Positions 40,601-55,379 of a stretch of 64,000 bases of DNA are shown here, piece by piece. The stretch spans positions 2,914,001 to 2,978,000 of the forward strand of contig OZ059896.1 of assembly GCA_964057225.1 (NCBI GenBank). Direction: 5' to 3'. The stretch comes from Auanema rhodensis. Taxonomy: Eukaryota; Animalia; Nematoda. Numbering within the stretch: position 1 is the stretch's first letter; every line of letters begins with the position of its first letter. The notes under the pieces are model-generated. The model made no database searches. It was not told the origin of the DNA and saw only the letters and a program-made list of their open reading frames with translations. The translations under genes and the position numbers were made by a program.

Positions 40601-43600
40601 AAGCTGCGTCGATCTGTGTTATCAGATTTGCGCTAGCTTAAAAATGCACCGAGATATTAACTGATATAAGTTCACACTTATATCCTCGATTTTCACCCTG
40701 AAGAATTAATTTTTTCGTTGAATAACATTGTCCATCGTTTTTGCCTTGAAAGAAGGAATCTAAAAACATCTACTTTTTGCTAAATTATTTTGAAATTTTT
40801 CGAAAAAATTTTTGTCAAAATGTTTTTGGAAGCAATTTTGAGTGTACATGGAAACTCAACATACACTATTGCATCATTTTTCAAACGATCATAACTAATT
40901 TTTGTATTAAGCTTTTCTCAATGTAATATAGTGCATTCGATGCGGATTTTTAAGCTGCGTCGATCTGTGTTATCAGATTTGCGCTAGCTTAAAAATGCAC
41001 CGAGATATTAACTGATATAAGTTCACACTTATATCCTCGATTTTCACCCTGAAGAATTAATTTTTTCGTTGAATAACATTGTCCATCGTTTTTGCCTTGA
41101 AAGAAGGAATCTAAAAACATCTACTTTTTGCTAAATTATTTTGAAATTTTTCGAAAAAATTTTTGTCAAAATGTTTTTGGAAGCAATTTTGAGTGTACAT
41201 GGAAACTCAACATACACTAATGCATCATTTTTCAAACGATCATAACTAATTTTTGTATTAAGCTTTCCTCAATGTAATATAGTGCATTCGATGCGGATTT
41301 TTAAGCTGCGTCGATCTGTGTTATCAGATTTGCGCTAGCTTAAAAATGCACCGAGATATCAACTGATATAAGTTCACACTTATATCCTCGATTTTCACCC
41401 TGAAGAATTAATTTTTTCGTTGAATAACATTGTCCATCGTTTTTGCCTTGAAAGAAGGAATCTAAAAACATCTACTTTTTGCTAAATTATTTTGAAATTT
41501 TTCGAAAAAATTTTTGTCAAAATGTTTTTGGAAGCAATTTTGAGTGTACATGGAAACTCAACTTACACTAATGCATCATTTTTCAAACGATCATAACTAA
41601 TTTTTGTGATGAGCGTTTCTCCATGTAGTATAATGCATTCGATGCGGATTTTTAAGCTGCGTCGATCTGTGTTATCAGATTTGCGCTAGCTTAAAAATGC
41701 ACCGAGATATCAACTGATATAAGTTCACACTTATATCCTCGATTTTCACCCTGAAGAATTAATTTTTTCGTTGAATAACATTGTCCATCGTTTTTGCCTT
41801 GAAAGAAGGAATCTAAAAACATCTACTTTTTGCTAAATTATTTTGAAATTTTTCGAAAAAATTTTTGTCAAAATGTTTTTGGAAGCAATTTTGAGTGTAC
41901 ATGGAAACTCAACATACACTATTGCATCATTTTTCAAACGATCATAACTAATTTTTGTATTAAGCTTTTCTCAATGTAATATAGTGCATTCGATGCGGAT
42001 TTTTAAGCTGCGTCGATCTGTGTTATCAGATTTGCGCTAGCTTAAAAATGCACCGAGATATTAACTGATATAAGTTCACACTTATATCCTCGATTTTCAC
42101 CCTGAAGAATTAATTTTTTCGTTGAATAACATTGTCCATCGTTTTTGCCTTGAAAGAAGGAATCTAAAAACATCTACTTTTTGCTAAATTATTTTGAAAT
42201 TTTTCGAAAAAATTTTTGTCAAAATGTTTTTGGAAGCAATTTTGAGTGTACATGGAAACTCAACATACACTATTGCATCATTTTTCAAACGATCATAACT
42301 AATTTTTGTATTAAGCTTTTCTCAATGTAATATAGTGCATTCGATGCGGATTTTTAAGCTGCGTCGATCTGTGTTATCAGATTTGCGCTAGCTTAAAAAT
42401 GCACCGAGATATTAACTGATATAAGTTCACACTTATATCCTCGATTTTCACCCTGAAGAATTAATTTTTTCGTTGAATAACATTGTCCATCGTTTTTGCC
42501 TTGAAAGAAGGAATCTAAAAACATCTACTTTTTGCTAAATTATTTTGAAATTTTTCGAAAAAATTTTTGTCAAAATGTTTTTGGAAGCAATTTTGAGTGT
42601 ACATGGAAACTCAACATACACTAATGCATCATTTTTTAAACGATCATAACTAATTTTTGTATTAAGCTTTCCTCAATGTAGTATAGTGCATTCGATGCGG
42701 ATTTTTAAGCTGCGTCGATCTGTGTTATCAGATTTGCGCTAGCTTAAAAATGCACCTAGATATCATCTGATATAAGTTCACACTTATATCCTCGATTTTC
42801 ACCCTGAAGAATTAATTTTTTCGTTGAATAACATTGTCCATCGTTTTTGCCTTGAAAGAAGGAATCTAAAAACATCTACTTTTTGCTAAATTATTTTGAA
42901 ATTTTTCGAAAAAATTTTTGTCAAAATGTTTTTGGAAGCAATTTTGAGTGTACATGGAAACTCAACATACACTAATGCATCATTTTTTAAACGATCATAA
43001 CTAATTTTTGTATTAAGCTTTCCTCAATGTAGTATAGTGCATTCGATGCGGATTTTTAAGCTGCGTCGATCTATGTTATCAGATTTGCGCTAGCTTAAAA
43101 ATGCACCGAGATATCAACTGATATAAGTTCACACTTATATCCTCGATTTTCACCCTGAAGAATTAATTTTTTCGTTGAATAACATTGTCCATCGTTTTTG
43201 CCTTGAAAGAAGGAATCTAAAAACATCTACTTTTTGCTAAATTATTTTGAAATTTTTCGAAAAAATTTTTGTCAAAATGTTTTTGGAAGCAATTTTGAGT
43301 GTACATGGAAACTCAACATACACTATTGCATCATTTTTCAAACGATCATAACTAATTTTTGTATTAAGCTTTTCTCAATGTAATATAGTGCATTCGATGC
43401 GGATTTTTAAGCTGCGTCGATCTGTGTTATCAGATTTGCGCTAGCTTAAAAATGCACCGAGATATTAACTGATATAAGTTCACACTTATATCCTCGATTT
43501 TCACCCTGAAGAATTAATTTTTTCGTTGAATAACATTGTCCATCGTTTTTGCCTTGAAAGAAGGAATCTAAAAACATCTACTTTTTGCTAAATTATTTTG

Positions 43601-44156
43601 AAATTTTTCGAAAAAATTTTTGTCAAAATGTTTTTGGAAGCAATTTTGAGTGTACATGGAAACTCAACATACACTAATGCATCATTTTTTAAACGATCAT
43701 AACTAATTTTTGTATTAAGCTTTCCTCAATGTAGTATAGTGCATTCGATGCGGATTTTTAAGCTGCGTCGATCTATGTTATCAGATTTGCGCTAGCTTAA
43801 AAATGCACCGAGATATCAACTGATATAAGTTCACACTTATATCCTCGATTTTCTCCCTGAAGAATTAATTTTTTCGTTGAATAACATTGTCCATCGTTTT
43901 TGCCTTGAAAGAAGGAATCTAAAAACATCTACTTTTTGCTAAATTATTTTGAAATTTTTCGAAAAAATTTTTGTCAAAATGTTTTTGGAAGCAATTTTGA
44001 GTGTACATGGAAACTCAACATACACTAATGCATCATTTTTCAAACGATCATAACTAATTTTTGTATTAAGCTTTTCTTAATGTAGTATAGTGCATTCGAT
44101 GGGGACTTTTAAGCTGCGTCGATCTGTGTTATCAGATTTGCGCTAGCTTAAAAATG
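34680..44156 (+). repeat. Homogeneous block of 27 consecutive 351-bp monomers
   Basis: Monomer starts advance by exactly 351 from 34680 to 44157 (9477 = 27 x 351). Block-private markers are CAACTTAC and ACTATTGC. Confidence 0.88.
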
Positions 44157-45208
44157 CACCGAGATATTAACTGATATAAGTTCACACTTATATCCTCGAT
44201 TTTCACCCTGAAGAATTAATTTTTTCGTTGAATAACATTGTCCATCGTTTTCGCCTCAAAAAAAGGAATCTAAAAACATCTACTTTTTGCGAAATTATTC
44301 TGAAATTTTTCGAAAAAATTTTGTCAAAATGTTTTTGGAAGCAATGTTGAGTGTACATGGAAACTCAACATACACTAATGGATCATTTTTCAAACGATCA
44401 TAACTAATTTTTGTGGTGAGCGTTTCTCCATGTAGTATAATGCATTCGATGCGGATTTTCAAGCTGCGTCGATCTGTACTATCAGATTTGCGCTAGCTTG
44501 AAAATGCACCGAGATATGAACTGATATAAGTTCACACTTATATCCTCGATTTTCACCCTGAAGAATTAATTTTTTCGTTGAATTACATTGTCCATCGTTT
44601 TTGCCTTGAAAAAAGGAATCTAAAAACATCTACTTTTCGCTAAATTATTTTGAAATTTTTCGAAAAAATTTTTGTCAAAATGTTTTTGGAAGCAATTTTG
44701 AGTGTACATGGAAACTCAACATACACTAATGCATCATTTTTCAAACAATCATAACTAATTTTTGTATTAAGCTTTCCTCAATGTAATATAGTGCATTCGA
44801 TGCGGATTTTTAAGCTGCGTCGATCTGTGTTATCAGATTTGCGCTAGCTTAAAAATGCACCGAGATATCAACTGATATAAGTTCACACTTATATCCTCGA
44901 TTTTCACCCTGAAGAATTAATTTTTTCGTTGAATAACATTGTCCATCGTTTTTGCCTTGAAAAAAGGAATCTAAAAACATCTACTTTTTGCTAAATTATT
45001 TTGAAATTTTTCGAAAAAATTTTTGTCAAAATGTTTTTGGAAGCAATTTTGAGTGTACATGGAAACTCAACATACACTAATGCATCATTTTTCAAACGAT
45101 CATAACTAATTTTTGTATTAAGCTTTGCTTAATGTAGTATAGTGCATTCGATGCGGACTTTTAAGCTGCGTCGATCTGTGTTATCAGATTTGCGCTAGCT
45201 TAAAAATG

Positions 45209-48200
45209 CACCGAGATATCAACTGATATAAGTTCACACTTATATCCTCGATTTTCACCCTGAAGAATTAATTTTTTCGTTGAATAACATTGTCCATCGT
45301 TTTTGCCTTGAAAGAAGGAATCTAAAAACATCTACTTTTTGCTAAATTATTTTGAAATTTTTCGAAAAAATTTTTGTCAAAATGTTTTTGGAAGCAATTT
45401 TGAGTGTACATGGAAACTCAACATACACTAATGCATCATTTTTCAAACGATCATAACTAATTTTTGTATTAAGCTTTCCTCAATGTACTATAGTGCATTC
45501 GATGCGGATTTTTAAGCTGCGTCGATCTGTGTTATCAGATTTGCGCTAGCTTAAAAATGCACCGAGATATCAACTGATATAAGTTCACACTTATATCCTC
45601 GATTTTCTCCCTGAAGAATTAATTTTTTCGTTGAATAACATCGTCCATCGTTTTTGCCTTGAAAGAAGGAATCTAAAAACATCTACTTTTTGCTAAATTA
45701 TTTTGAAATTTTTCGAAAAAATTTTTGTCAAAATGTTTTTGGAAGCAATTTTGAGTGTACATGGAAACTCAACATACACTAATGCATCATTTTTCAAACG
45801 ATCATAACTAATTTTTGTATTAAGCTTTTCTTAATGTAGTATAGTGCATTCGATGCGGACTTTTAAGCTGCGTCGATCTGTGTTATCAGATTTGCGCTAG
45901 CTTAAAAATGCACCGAGATATTAACTGATATAAGTTCACACTTATATCCTCGATTTTCACCCTGAAAAATTAATTTTTTCGTTGAATAACATTGTCCATC
46001 GTTTTTGCCTCAAAAAAAGGAATCTAAAAACATCTACTTTTTGCGAAATTATTTTGAAATTTTTCGAAAAAATTTTGTCAAAATGTTTTTGGAAGCAATG
46101 TTGAGTGTACATGGAAACTCAACATACACTAATGCATCATTTTTCAAACGATCATAACTAATTTTTGTGATGAGCGTTTCTCCATGTAGTATAATGCATT
46201 CGATGCGGATTTTTAAGCTGCGTCGATCTGTACTATCAGATTTGCGCTAGCTTGAAAATGCACCGAGATATGAACTGATATAAGTTCACACTTATATCCT
46301 CGATTTTCACCCTGAAGAATTAATTTTTTCGTTGAATAACATTGTCCATCGTTTTTGCCTTGAAAGAAGGAATCTAAAAACATCTACTTTTTGCTAAATT
46401 ATTTTGAAATTTTTCGAAAAAATTTTTGTCAAAATGTTTTTGGAAGCAATTTTGAGTGTACATGGAAACTCAACATACACTAATGCATCATTTTTCAAAC
46501 AATCATAACTAATTTTTGTATTAAGCTTTCCTCAATGTAATATAGTGCATTCGATGCGGATTTTTAAGCTGCGTCGATCTGTGTTATCAGATTTGCGCTA
46601 GCTTAAAAATGCACCGAGATATCAACTGATATAAGTTCACACTTATATCCTCGATTTTCACCCTGAAGAATTAATTTTTTCGTTGAATAACATTGTCCAT
46701 CGTTTTTGCCTTGAAAAAAGGAATCTAAAAACATCTACTTTTTGCTAAATTATTTTGAAATTTTTCGAAAAAATTTTTGTCAAAATGTTTTTGGAAGCAA
46801 TTTTGAGTGTACATGGAAACTCAACATACACTAATGCATCATTTTTCAAACGATCATAACTAATTTTTGTATTAAGCTTTGCTTAATGTAGTATAGTGCA
46901 TTCGATGCGGACTTTTAAGCTGCGTCGATCTGTGTTATCAGATTTGCGCTAGCTTAAAAATGCACCGAGATATCAACTGATATAAGTTCACACTTATATC
47001 CTCGATTTTCACCCTGAAGAATTAATTTTTTCGTTGAATAACATTGTCCATCGTTTTTGCCTTGAAAGAAGGAATCTAAAAACATCTACTTTTTGCTAAA
47101 TTATTTTGAAATTTTTCGAAAAAATTTTTGTCAAAATGTTTTTGGAAGCAATTTTGAGTGTACATGGAAACTCAACATACACTAATGCATCATTTTTCAA
47201 ACGATCATAACTAATTTTTGTATTAAGCTTTCCTCAATGTACTATAGTGCATTCGATGCGGATTTTTAAGCTGCGTCGATCTGTGTTATCAGATTTGCGC
47301 TAGCTTAAAAATGCACCGAGATATCAACTGATATAAGTTCACACTTATATCCTCGATTTTCTCCCTGAAGAATTAATTTTTTCGTTGAATAACATCGTCC
47401 ATCGTTTTTGCCTTGAAAGAAGGAATCTAAAAACATCTACTTTTTGCTAAATTATTTTGAAATTTTTCGAAAAAATTTTTGTCAAAATGTTTTTGGAAGC
47501 AATTTTGAGTGTACATGGAAACTCAACATACACTAATGCATCATTTTTCAAACGATCATAACTAATTTTTGTATTAAGCTTTTCTTAATGTAGTATAGTG
47601 CATTCGATGCGGACTTTTAAGCTGCGTCGATCTGTGTTATCAGATTTGCGCTAGCTTAAAAATGCACCGAGATATTAACTGATATAAGTTCACACTTATA
47701 TCCTCGATTTTCACCCTGAAAAATTAATTTTTTCGTTGAATAACATTGTCCATCGTTTTTGCCTCAAAAAAAGGAATCTGAAAACATCTACTTTTCGCTA
47801 AATTATTTTGAAATTTTTCGAAAAAATTTTTGTCAAAATGTTTTTGGAAGCAATTTTGAGTGTACATGAAAACTCAACATACACTAATGCATCATTTTTC
47901 AAACGATCATAACTAATTTTTGTATTAAGCTTTTCTTAATGTAGTATAGTGCATTCGATGCGGACTTTTAAGCTGCGTCGATCTGTGTTATCAGATTTGC
48001 GCTAGCTTAAAAATGCACCGAGATATTAACTGATATAAGTTCACACTTATATCCTCGATTTTCACCCTGAAAAATTAATTTTTTCGTTGAATAACATTGT
48101 CCATCGTTTTTGCCTCAAAAAAAGGAATCTAAAAACATCTACTTTTTGCGAAATTATTTTGAAATTTTTCGAAAAAATTTTGTCAAAATGTTTTTGGAAG

Positions 48201-50821
48201 CAATGTTGAGTGTACATGGAAACTCAACATACACTAATGCATCATTTTTCAAACGATCATAACTAATTTTTGTGATGAGCGTTTCTCCATGTAGTATAAT
48301 GCATTCGATGCGGATTTTTAAGCTGCGTCGATCTGTACTATCAGATTTGCGCTAGCTTGAAAATGCACCGAGATATGAACTGATATAAGTTCACACTTAT
48401 ATCCTCGATTTTCACCCTGAAGAATTAATTTTTTCGTTGAATAACATTGTCCATCGTTTTTGCCTTGAAAGAAGGAATCTAAAAACATCTACTTTTTGCT
48501 AAATTATTTTGAAATTTTTCGAAAAAATTTTTGTCAAAATGTTTTTGGAAGCAATTTTGAGTGTACATGGAAACTCAACATACACTAATGCATCATTTTT
48601 CAAACAATCATAACTAATTTTTGTATTAAGCTTTCCTCAATGTAATATAGTGCATTCGATGCGGATTTTTAAGCTGCGTCGATCTGTGTTATCAGATTTG
48701 CGCTAGCTTAAAAATGCACCGAGATATCAACTGATATAAGTTCACACTTATATCCTCGATTTTCACCCTGAAGAATTAATTTTTTCGTTGAATAACATTG
48801 TCCATCGTTTTTGCCTTGAAAAAAGGAATCTAAAAACATCTACTTTTTGCTAAATTATTTTGAAATTTTTCGAAAAAATTTTTGTCAAAATGTTTTTGGA
48901 AGCAATTTTGAGTGTACATGGAAACTCAACATACACTAATGCATCATTTTTCAAACGATCATAACTAATTTTTGTATTAAGCTTTGCTTAATGTAGTATA
49001 GTGCATTCGATGCGGACTTTTAAGCTGCGTCGATCTGTGTTATCAGATTTGCGCTAGCTTAAAAATGCACCGAGATATCAACTGATATAAGTTCACACTT
49101 ATATCCTCGATTTTCACCCTGAAGAATTAATTTTTTCGTTGAATAACATTGTCCATCGTTTTTGCCTTGAAAGAAGGAATCTAAAAACATCTACTTTTTG
49201 CTAAATTATTTTGAAATTTTTCGAAAAAATTTTTGTCAAAATGTTTTTGGAAGCAATTTTGAGTGTACATGGAAACTCAACATACACTAATGCATCATTT
49301 TTCAAACGATCATAACTAATTTTTGTATTAAGCTTTCCTCAATGTACTATAGTGCATTCGATGCGGATTTTTAAGCTGCGTCGATCTGTGTTATCAGATT
49401 TGCGCTAGCTTAAAAATGCACCGAGATATCAACTGATATAAGTTCACACTTATATCCTCGATTTTCTCCCTGAAGAATTAATTTTTTCGTTGAATAACAT
49501 CGTCCATCGTTTTTGCCTTGAAAGAAGGAATCTAAAAACATCTACTTTTTGCTAAATTATTTTGAAATTTTTCGAAAAAATTTTTGTCAAAATGTTTTTG
49601 GAAGCAATTTTGAGTGTACATGGAAACTCAACATACACTAATGCATCATTTTTCAAACGATCATAACTAATTTTTGTATTAAGCTTTTCTTAATGTAGTA
49701 TAGTGCATTCGATGCGGACTTTTAAGCTGCGTCGATCTGTGTTATCAGATTTGCGCTAGCTTAAAAATGCACCGAGATATTAACTGATATAAGTTCACAC
49801 TTATATCCTCGATTTTCACCCTGAAAAATTAATTTTTTCGTTGAATAACATTGTCCATCGTTTTTGCCTCAAAAAAAGGAATCTAAAAACATCTACTTTT
49901 TGCGAAATTATTTTGAAATTTTTCGAAAAAATTTTGTCAAAATGTTTTTGGAAGCAATGTTGAGTGTACATGGAAACTCAACATACACTAATGCATCATT
50001 TTTCAAACGATCATAACTAATTTTTGTGATGAGCGTTTCTCCATGTAGTATAATGCATTCGATGCGGATTTTTAAGCTGCGTCGATCTGTACTATCAGAT
50101 TTGCGCTAGCTTGAAAATGCACCGAGATATGAACTGATATAAGTTCACACTTATATCCTCGATTTTCACCCTGAAGAATTAATTTTTTCGTTGAATAACA
50201 TTGTCCATCGTTTTTGCCTTGAAAGAAGGAATCTAAAAACATCTACTTTTTGCTAAATTATTTTGAAATTTTTCGAAAAAATTTTTGTCAAAATGTTTTT
50301 GGAAGCAATTTTGAGTGTACATGGAAACTCAACATACACTAATGCATCATTTTTCAAACAATCATAACTAATTTTTGTATTAAGCTTTCCTCAATGTAAT
50401 ATAGTGCATTCGATGCGGATTTTTAAGCTGCGTCGATCTGTGTTATCAGATTTGCGCTAGCTTAAAAATGCACCGAGATATCAACTGATATAAGTTCACA
50501 CTTATATCCTCGATTTTCACCCTGAAGAATTAATTTTTTCGTTGAATAACATTGTCCATCGTTTTTGCCTTGAAAAAAGGAATCTGAAAACATCTACTTT
50601 TTGCTAAATTATTTTGAAATTTTTCGAAAAAATTTTTGTCAAAATGTTTTTGGAAGCAATTTTGAGTGTACATGGAAACTCAACATACACTAATGCATCA
50701 TTTTTCAAACGATCATAACTAATTTTTGTATTAAGCTTTTCTTAATGTAGTATAGTGCATTCGATGCGGACTTTTAAGCTGCGTCGATCTGTGTTATCAG
50801 ATTTGCGCTAGCTTAAAAATG
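45209..50821 (+). repeat. 5-monomer higher-order repeat (1754 bp), 3 copies, one with an extra monomer
   Basis: The ordered markers ATGTACTAT / TTCTCCC+CATCGTCC / GATATTAA+CTGAAAAA / GATATGAA+AACAATC / TTGAAAAAAGG start at 45209, 46963 and 49068. An extra monomer sits at 47665. Confidence 0.88.
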
Positions 50822-53276
50822 CACCGAGATATTAACTGATATAAGTTCACACTTATATCCTCGATTTTCACCCTGACGAATTAATTTTTTCGTTGAATAA
50901 CATTGTCCATCGTTTTTGCCTCAAAAAAAGGAATCTAAAAACATCTACTTTTTGCGAAATTATTTTGAAATTTTTCGAAAAAATTTTGTCAAAATGTTTT
51001 TGGAAGCAATGTTGAGTGTACATGGAAACTCAACATACACTAATGCATCATTTTTCAAACGATCATAACTAATTTTTGTGATGAGCGTTTCTCCATGTAG
51101 TATAATGCATTCGATGCGGATTTTTAAGCTGCGTCGATCTATGTTATCAGATTTGCGCTAGCTTAAAAATGCACCGAGATATCAACTGATATAAGTTCAC
51201 ACTTATATCCTCGATTTTCACCCTGAAGAATCAATTTTTTCGTTGAATAACATTGTCCATCGTTTTTGCCTTGAAAGAAGGAATCTAAAAACATCTACTT
51301 TTTGCTAAATTATTTTGAAATTTTTCGAAAAAATTTTTGTCAAAATGTTTTTGGAAGCAATTTTGAGTGTACATGGAAACTCAACATACACTAATGCATC
51401 ATTTTTCAAACAATCATAACTAATTTTTGTATTAAGCTTTCCTCAATGTAATATAGTGCATTCGATGCGGATTTTTAAGCTGCGTCGATCTGTGTTATCA
51501 GATTTGCGCTAGCTTAAAAATGCACCGAGATATCAACTGATATAAGTTCACACTTATATCCTCGATTTTCACCCTGAAGAATTAATTTTTTCGTTGAATA
51601 ACATTGTCCATCGTTTTTGCCTTGAAAAAAGGAATCTAAAAACATCTACTTTTTGCTAAATTATTTTGAAATTTTTCGAAAAAATTTTTGTCAAAATGTT
51701 TTTGGAAGCAATTTTGAGTGTACATGGAAACTCAACATACACTAATGCATCATTTTTCAAACGATCATAACTAATTTTTGTATTAAGCTTTGCTTAATGT
51801 AGTATAGTGCATTCGATGCGGACTTTTAAGCTGCGTCGATCTGTGTTATCAGATTTGCGCTAGCTTAAAAATGCACCGAGATATCAACTGATATAAGTTC
51901 ACACTTATATCCTCGATTTTCACCCTGAAGAATTAATTTTTTCGTTGAATAACATTGTCCATCGTTTTTGCCTTGAAAAAAGGAATCTGAAAACATCTAC
52001 TTTTTGCTAAATTATTTTGAAATTTTTCGAAAAAATTTTTGTCAAAATGTTTTTGGAAGCAATTTTGAGTGTACATGGAAACTCAACATACACTAATGCA
52101 TCATTTTTCAAACGATCATAACTAATTTTTGTATTAAGCTTTTCTTAATGTAGTATAGTGCATTCGATGCGGACTTTTAAGCTGCGTCGATCTGTGTTAT
52201 CAGATTTGCGCTAGCTTAAAAATGCACCGAGATATTAACTGATATAAGTTCACACTTATATCCTCGATTTTCACCCTGACGAATTAATTTTTTCGTTGAA
52301 TAACATTGTCCATCGTTTTTGCCTCAAAAAAAGGAATCTAAAAACATCTACTTTTTGCGAAATTATTTTGAAATTTTTCGAAAAAATTTTGTCAAAATGT
52401 TTTTGGAAGCAATGTTGAGTGTACATGGAAACTCAACATACACTAATGCATCATTTTTCAAACGATCATAACTAATTTTTGTGATGAGCGTTTCTCCATG
52501 TAGTATAATGCATTCGATGCGGATTTTTAAGCTGCGTCGATCTATGTTATCAGATTTGCGCTAGCTTAAAAATGCACCGAGATATCAACTGATATAAGTT
52601 CACACTTATATCCTCGATTTTCACCCTGAAGAATCAATTTTTTCGTTGAATAACATTGTCCATCGTTTTTGCCTTGAAAGAAGGAATCTAAAAACATCTA
52701 CTTTTTGCTAAATTATTTTGAAATTTTTCGAAAAAATTTTTGTCAAAATGTTTTTGGAAGCAATTTTGAGTGTACATGGAAACTCAACATACACTAATGC
52801 ATCATTTTTCAAACAATCATAACTAATTTTTGTATTAAGCTTTCCTCAATGTAATATAGTGCATTCGATGCGGATTTTTAAGCTGCGTCGATCTGTGTTA
52901 TCAGATTTGCGCTAGCTTAAAAATGCACCGAGATATCAACTGATATAAGTTCACACTTATATCCTCGATTTTCACCCTGAAGAATTAATTTTTTCGTTGA
53001 ATAACATTGTCCATCGTTTTTGCCTTGAAAAAAGGAATCTAAAAACATCTACTTTTTGCTAAATTATTTTGAAATTTTTCGAAAAAATTTTTGTCAAAAT
53101 GTTTTTGGAAGCAATTTTGAGTGTACATGGAAACTCAACATACACTAATGCATCATTTTTCAAACGATCATAACTAATTTTTGTATTAAGCTTTGCTTAA
53201 TGTAGTATAGTGCATTCGATGCGGACTTTTAAGCTGCGTCGATCTGTGTTATCAGATTTGCGCTAGCTTAAAAATG
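50471..53276 (+). repeat. 4-monomer duplication (1403-bp period)
   Basis: CTGACGAA at ~50873/~52276 and GAATCAATT at ~51228/~52631. Confidence 0.87.
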
Positions 53277-55379
53277 CACCGAGATATCAACTGATATAAG
53301 TTCACACTTATATCCTCGATTTTCACCCTGAAGAATTAATTTTTTCGTTGAATAACATTGTCCATCGTTTTTGCCTTGAAAGAAGGAATCTAAAAACATC
53401 TACTTTTTGCTAAATTATTTTGAAATTTTTCGAAAAAATTTTTGTCAAAATGTTTTTGGAAGCAATTTTGAGTGTACATGGAAACTCAACATACACTAAT
53501 GCATCATTTTTCAAACGATCATAACTAATTTTTGTATTAAGCTTTCCTCAATGTAATATAGTGCATTCGATGCGGATTTTTAAGCTGCGTCGATCTGTGT
53601 TATCAGATTTGCGCTAGCTTGAAAATGCACCGAGATATCAACTGATATAAGTTCACACTTATATCCTCGATTTTCTCCCTGAAGAATTAATTTTTTCGTT
53701 GAATAACATCGTCCATCGTTTTTGCCTTGAAAGAAGGAATCTAAAAACATCTACTTTTTGCTAAATTATTTTGAAATTTTTCGAAAAAATTTTTGTCAAA
53801 ATGTTTTTGGAAGCAATTTTGAGTGTACATGGAAACTCAACATACACTAATGCATCATTTTTCAAACGATCATAACTAATTTTTGTATTAAGCTTTTCTT
53901 AATGTAGTATAGTGCATTCGATGCGGACTTTTAAGCTGCGTCGATCTGTGTTATCAGATTTGCGCTAGCTTAAAAATGCACCGAGAAATTAACTGATATA
54001 AGTTCACACTTATATCCTCGATTTTCACCCTGAAGATTTAATTTTTTCGTTGAATAACATTGTCCATCGTTTTTGCCTCAAAAAAAGGAATCTAAAAACA
54101 TCTACTTTTTGCGAAATTATTTTGAAATTTTTCGAAAAAATTTTGTCAAAATGTTTTTGGAAGCAATGTTGAGTGTACATGGAAACTCAACATACACTAA
54201 TGCATCATTTTTCAAACGATCATAACTAATTTTTGTGATGAGCGTTTCTCCATGTAGTATAATGCATTCGATGCGGATTTTTAAGCTGCGTCGATCTATG
54301 TTATCAGATTTGCGCTAGCTTAAAAATGCACCGAGATATCAACTGATATATGTTCACACTTATATCCTCGATTTTCACCCTGAAGAATTAATTTTTTCGT
54401 TGAATAACATTGTCCATCGTTTTTGCCTTGAAAGATGGAATCTAAAAACATCTACTTTTTGCGAAATTATTTTGAAATTTTTCGAAAAAATTTTGTCAAA
54501 ATGTTTTTGGAAGCAATTTTGAGTGTACATGGAAACTCAACATACACTAATGCATCATTTTTCAAACAATCATAACTAATTTTTGTATTAAGCTTTCCTC
54601 AATGTAATATAGTGCATTCGATGCGGATTTTTAAGCTGCGTCGATCTGTGTTATCAGATTTGCGCTAGCTTAAAAATGCACCGAGATATCAACTGATATA
54701 AGTTCACACTTATATCCTCGATTTTCTCCCTGAAGAATTAATTTTTTCGTTGAATAACATTGTCCATCGTTTTTGCCTTGAAAGAAGGAATCTAAAAACA
54801 TCTACTTTTTGCTAAATTATTTTGAAATTTTTCGAAAAAATTTTTGTCAAAATGTTTTTGGAAGCAATTTTGAGTGTACATGGAAACTCAACATACACTA
54901 ATGCATCATTTTTCAAACGATCATAACTAATTTTTGTATTAAGCTTTTCTTAATGTAGTATAGTGCATTCGATGGGGACTTTTAAGCTGCGTCGATCTGT
55001 GTTATCAGATTTGCGCTAGCTTAAAAATGCACCGAGATATTAACTGATATAAGTTCACACTTATATCCTCGATTTTCACCCTGAAGAATTAATTTTTTCG
55101 TTGAATAACATTGTCCATCGTTTTCGCCTCAAAAAAAGGAATCTAAAAACATCTACTTTTTGCGAAATTATTTTGAAATTTTTCGAAAAAATTTTGTCAA
55201 AATGTTTTTGGAAGCAATGTTGAGTGTACATGGAAACTCAACATACACTAATGGATCATTTTTCAAACGATCATAACTAATTTTTGTGGTGAGCGTTTCT
55301 CCATGTAGTATAATGCATTCGATGCGGATTTTCAAGCTGCGTCGATCTGTACTATCAGATTTGCGCTAGCTTGAAAATG

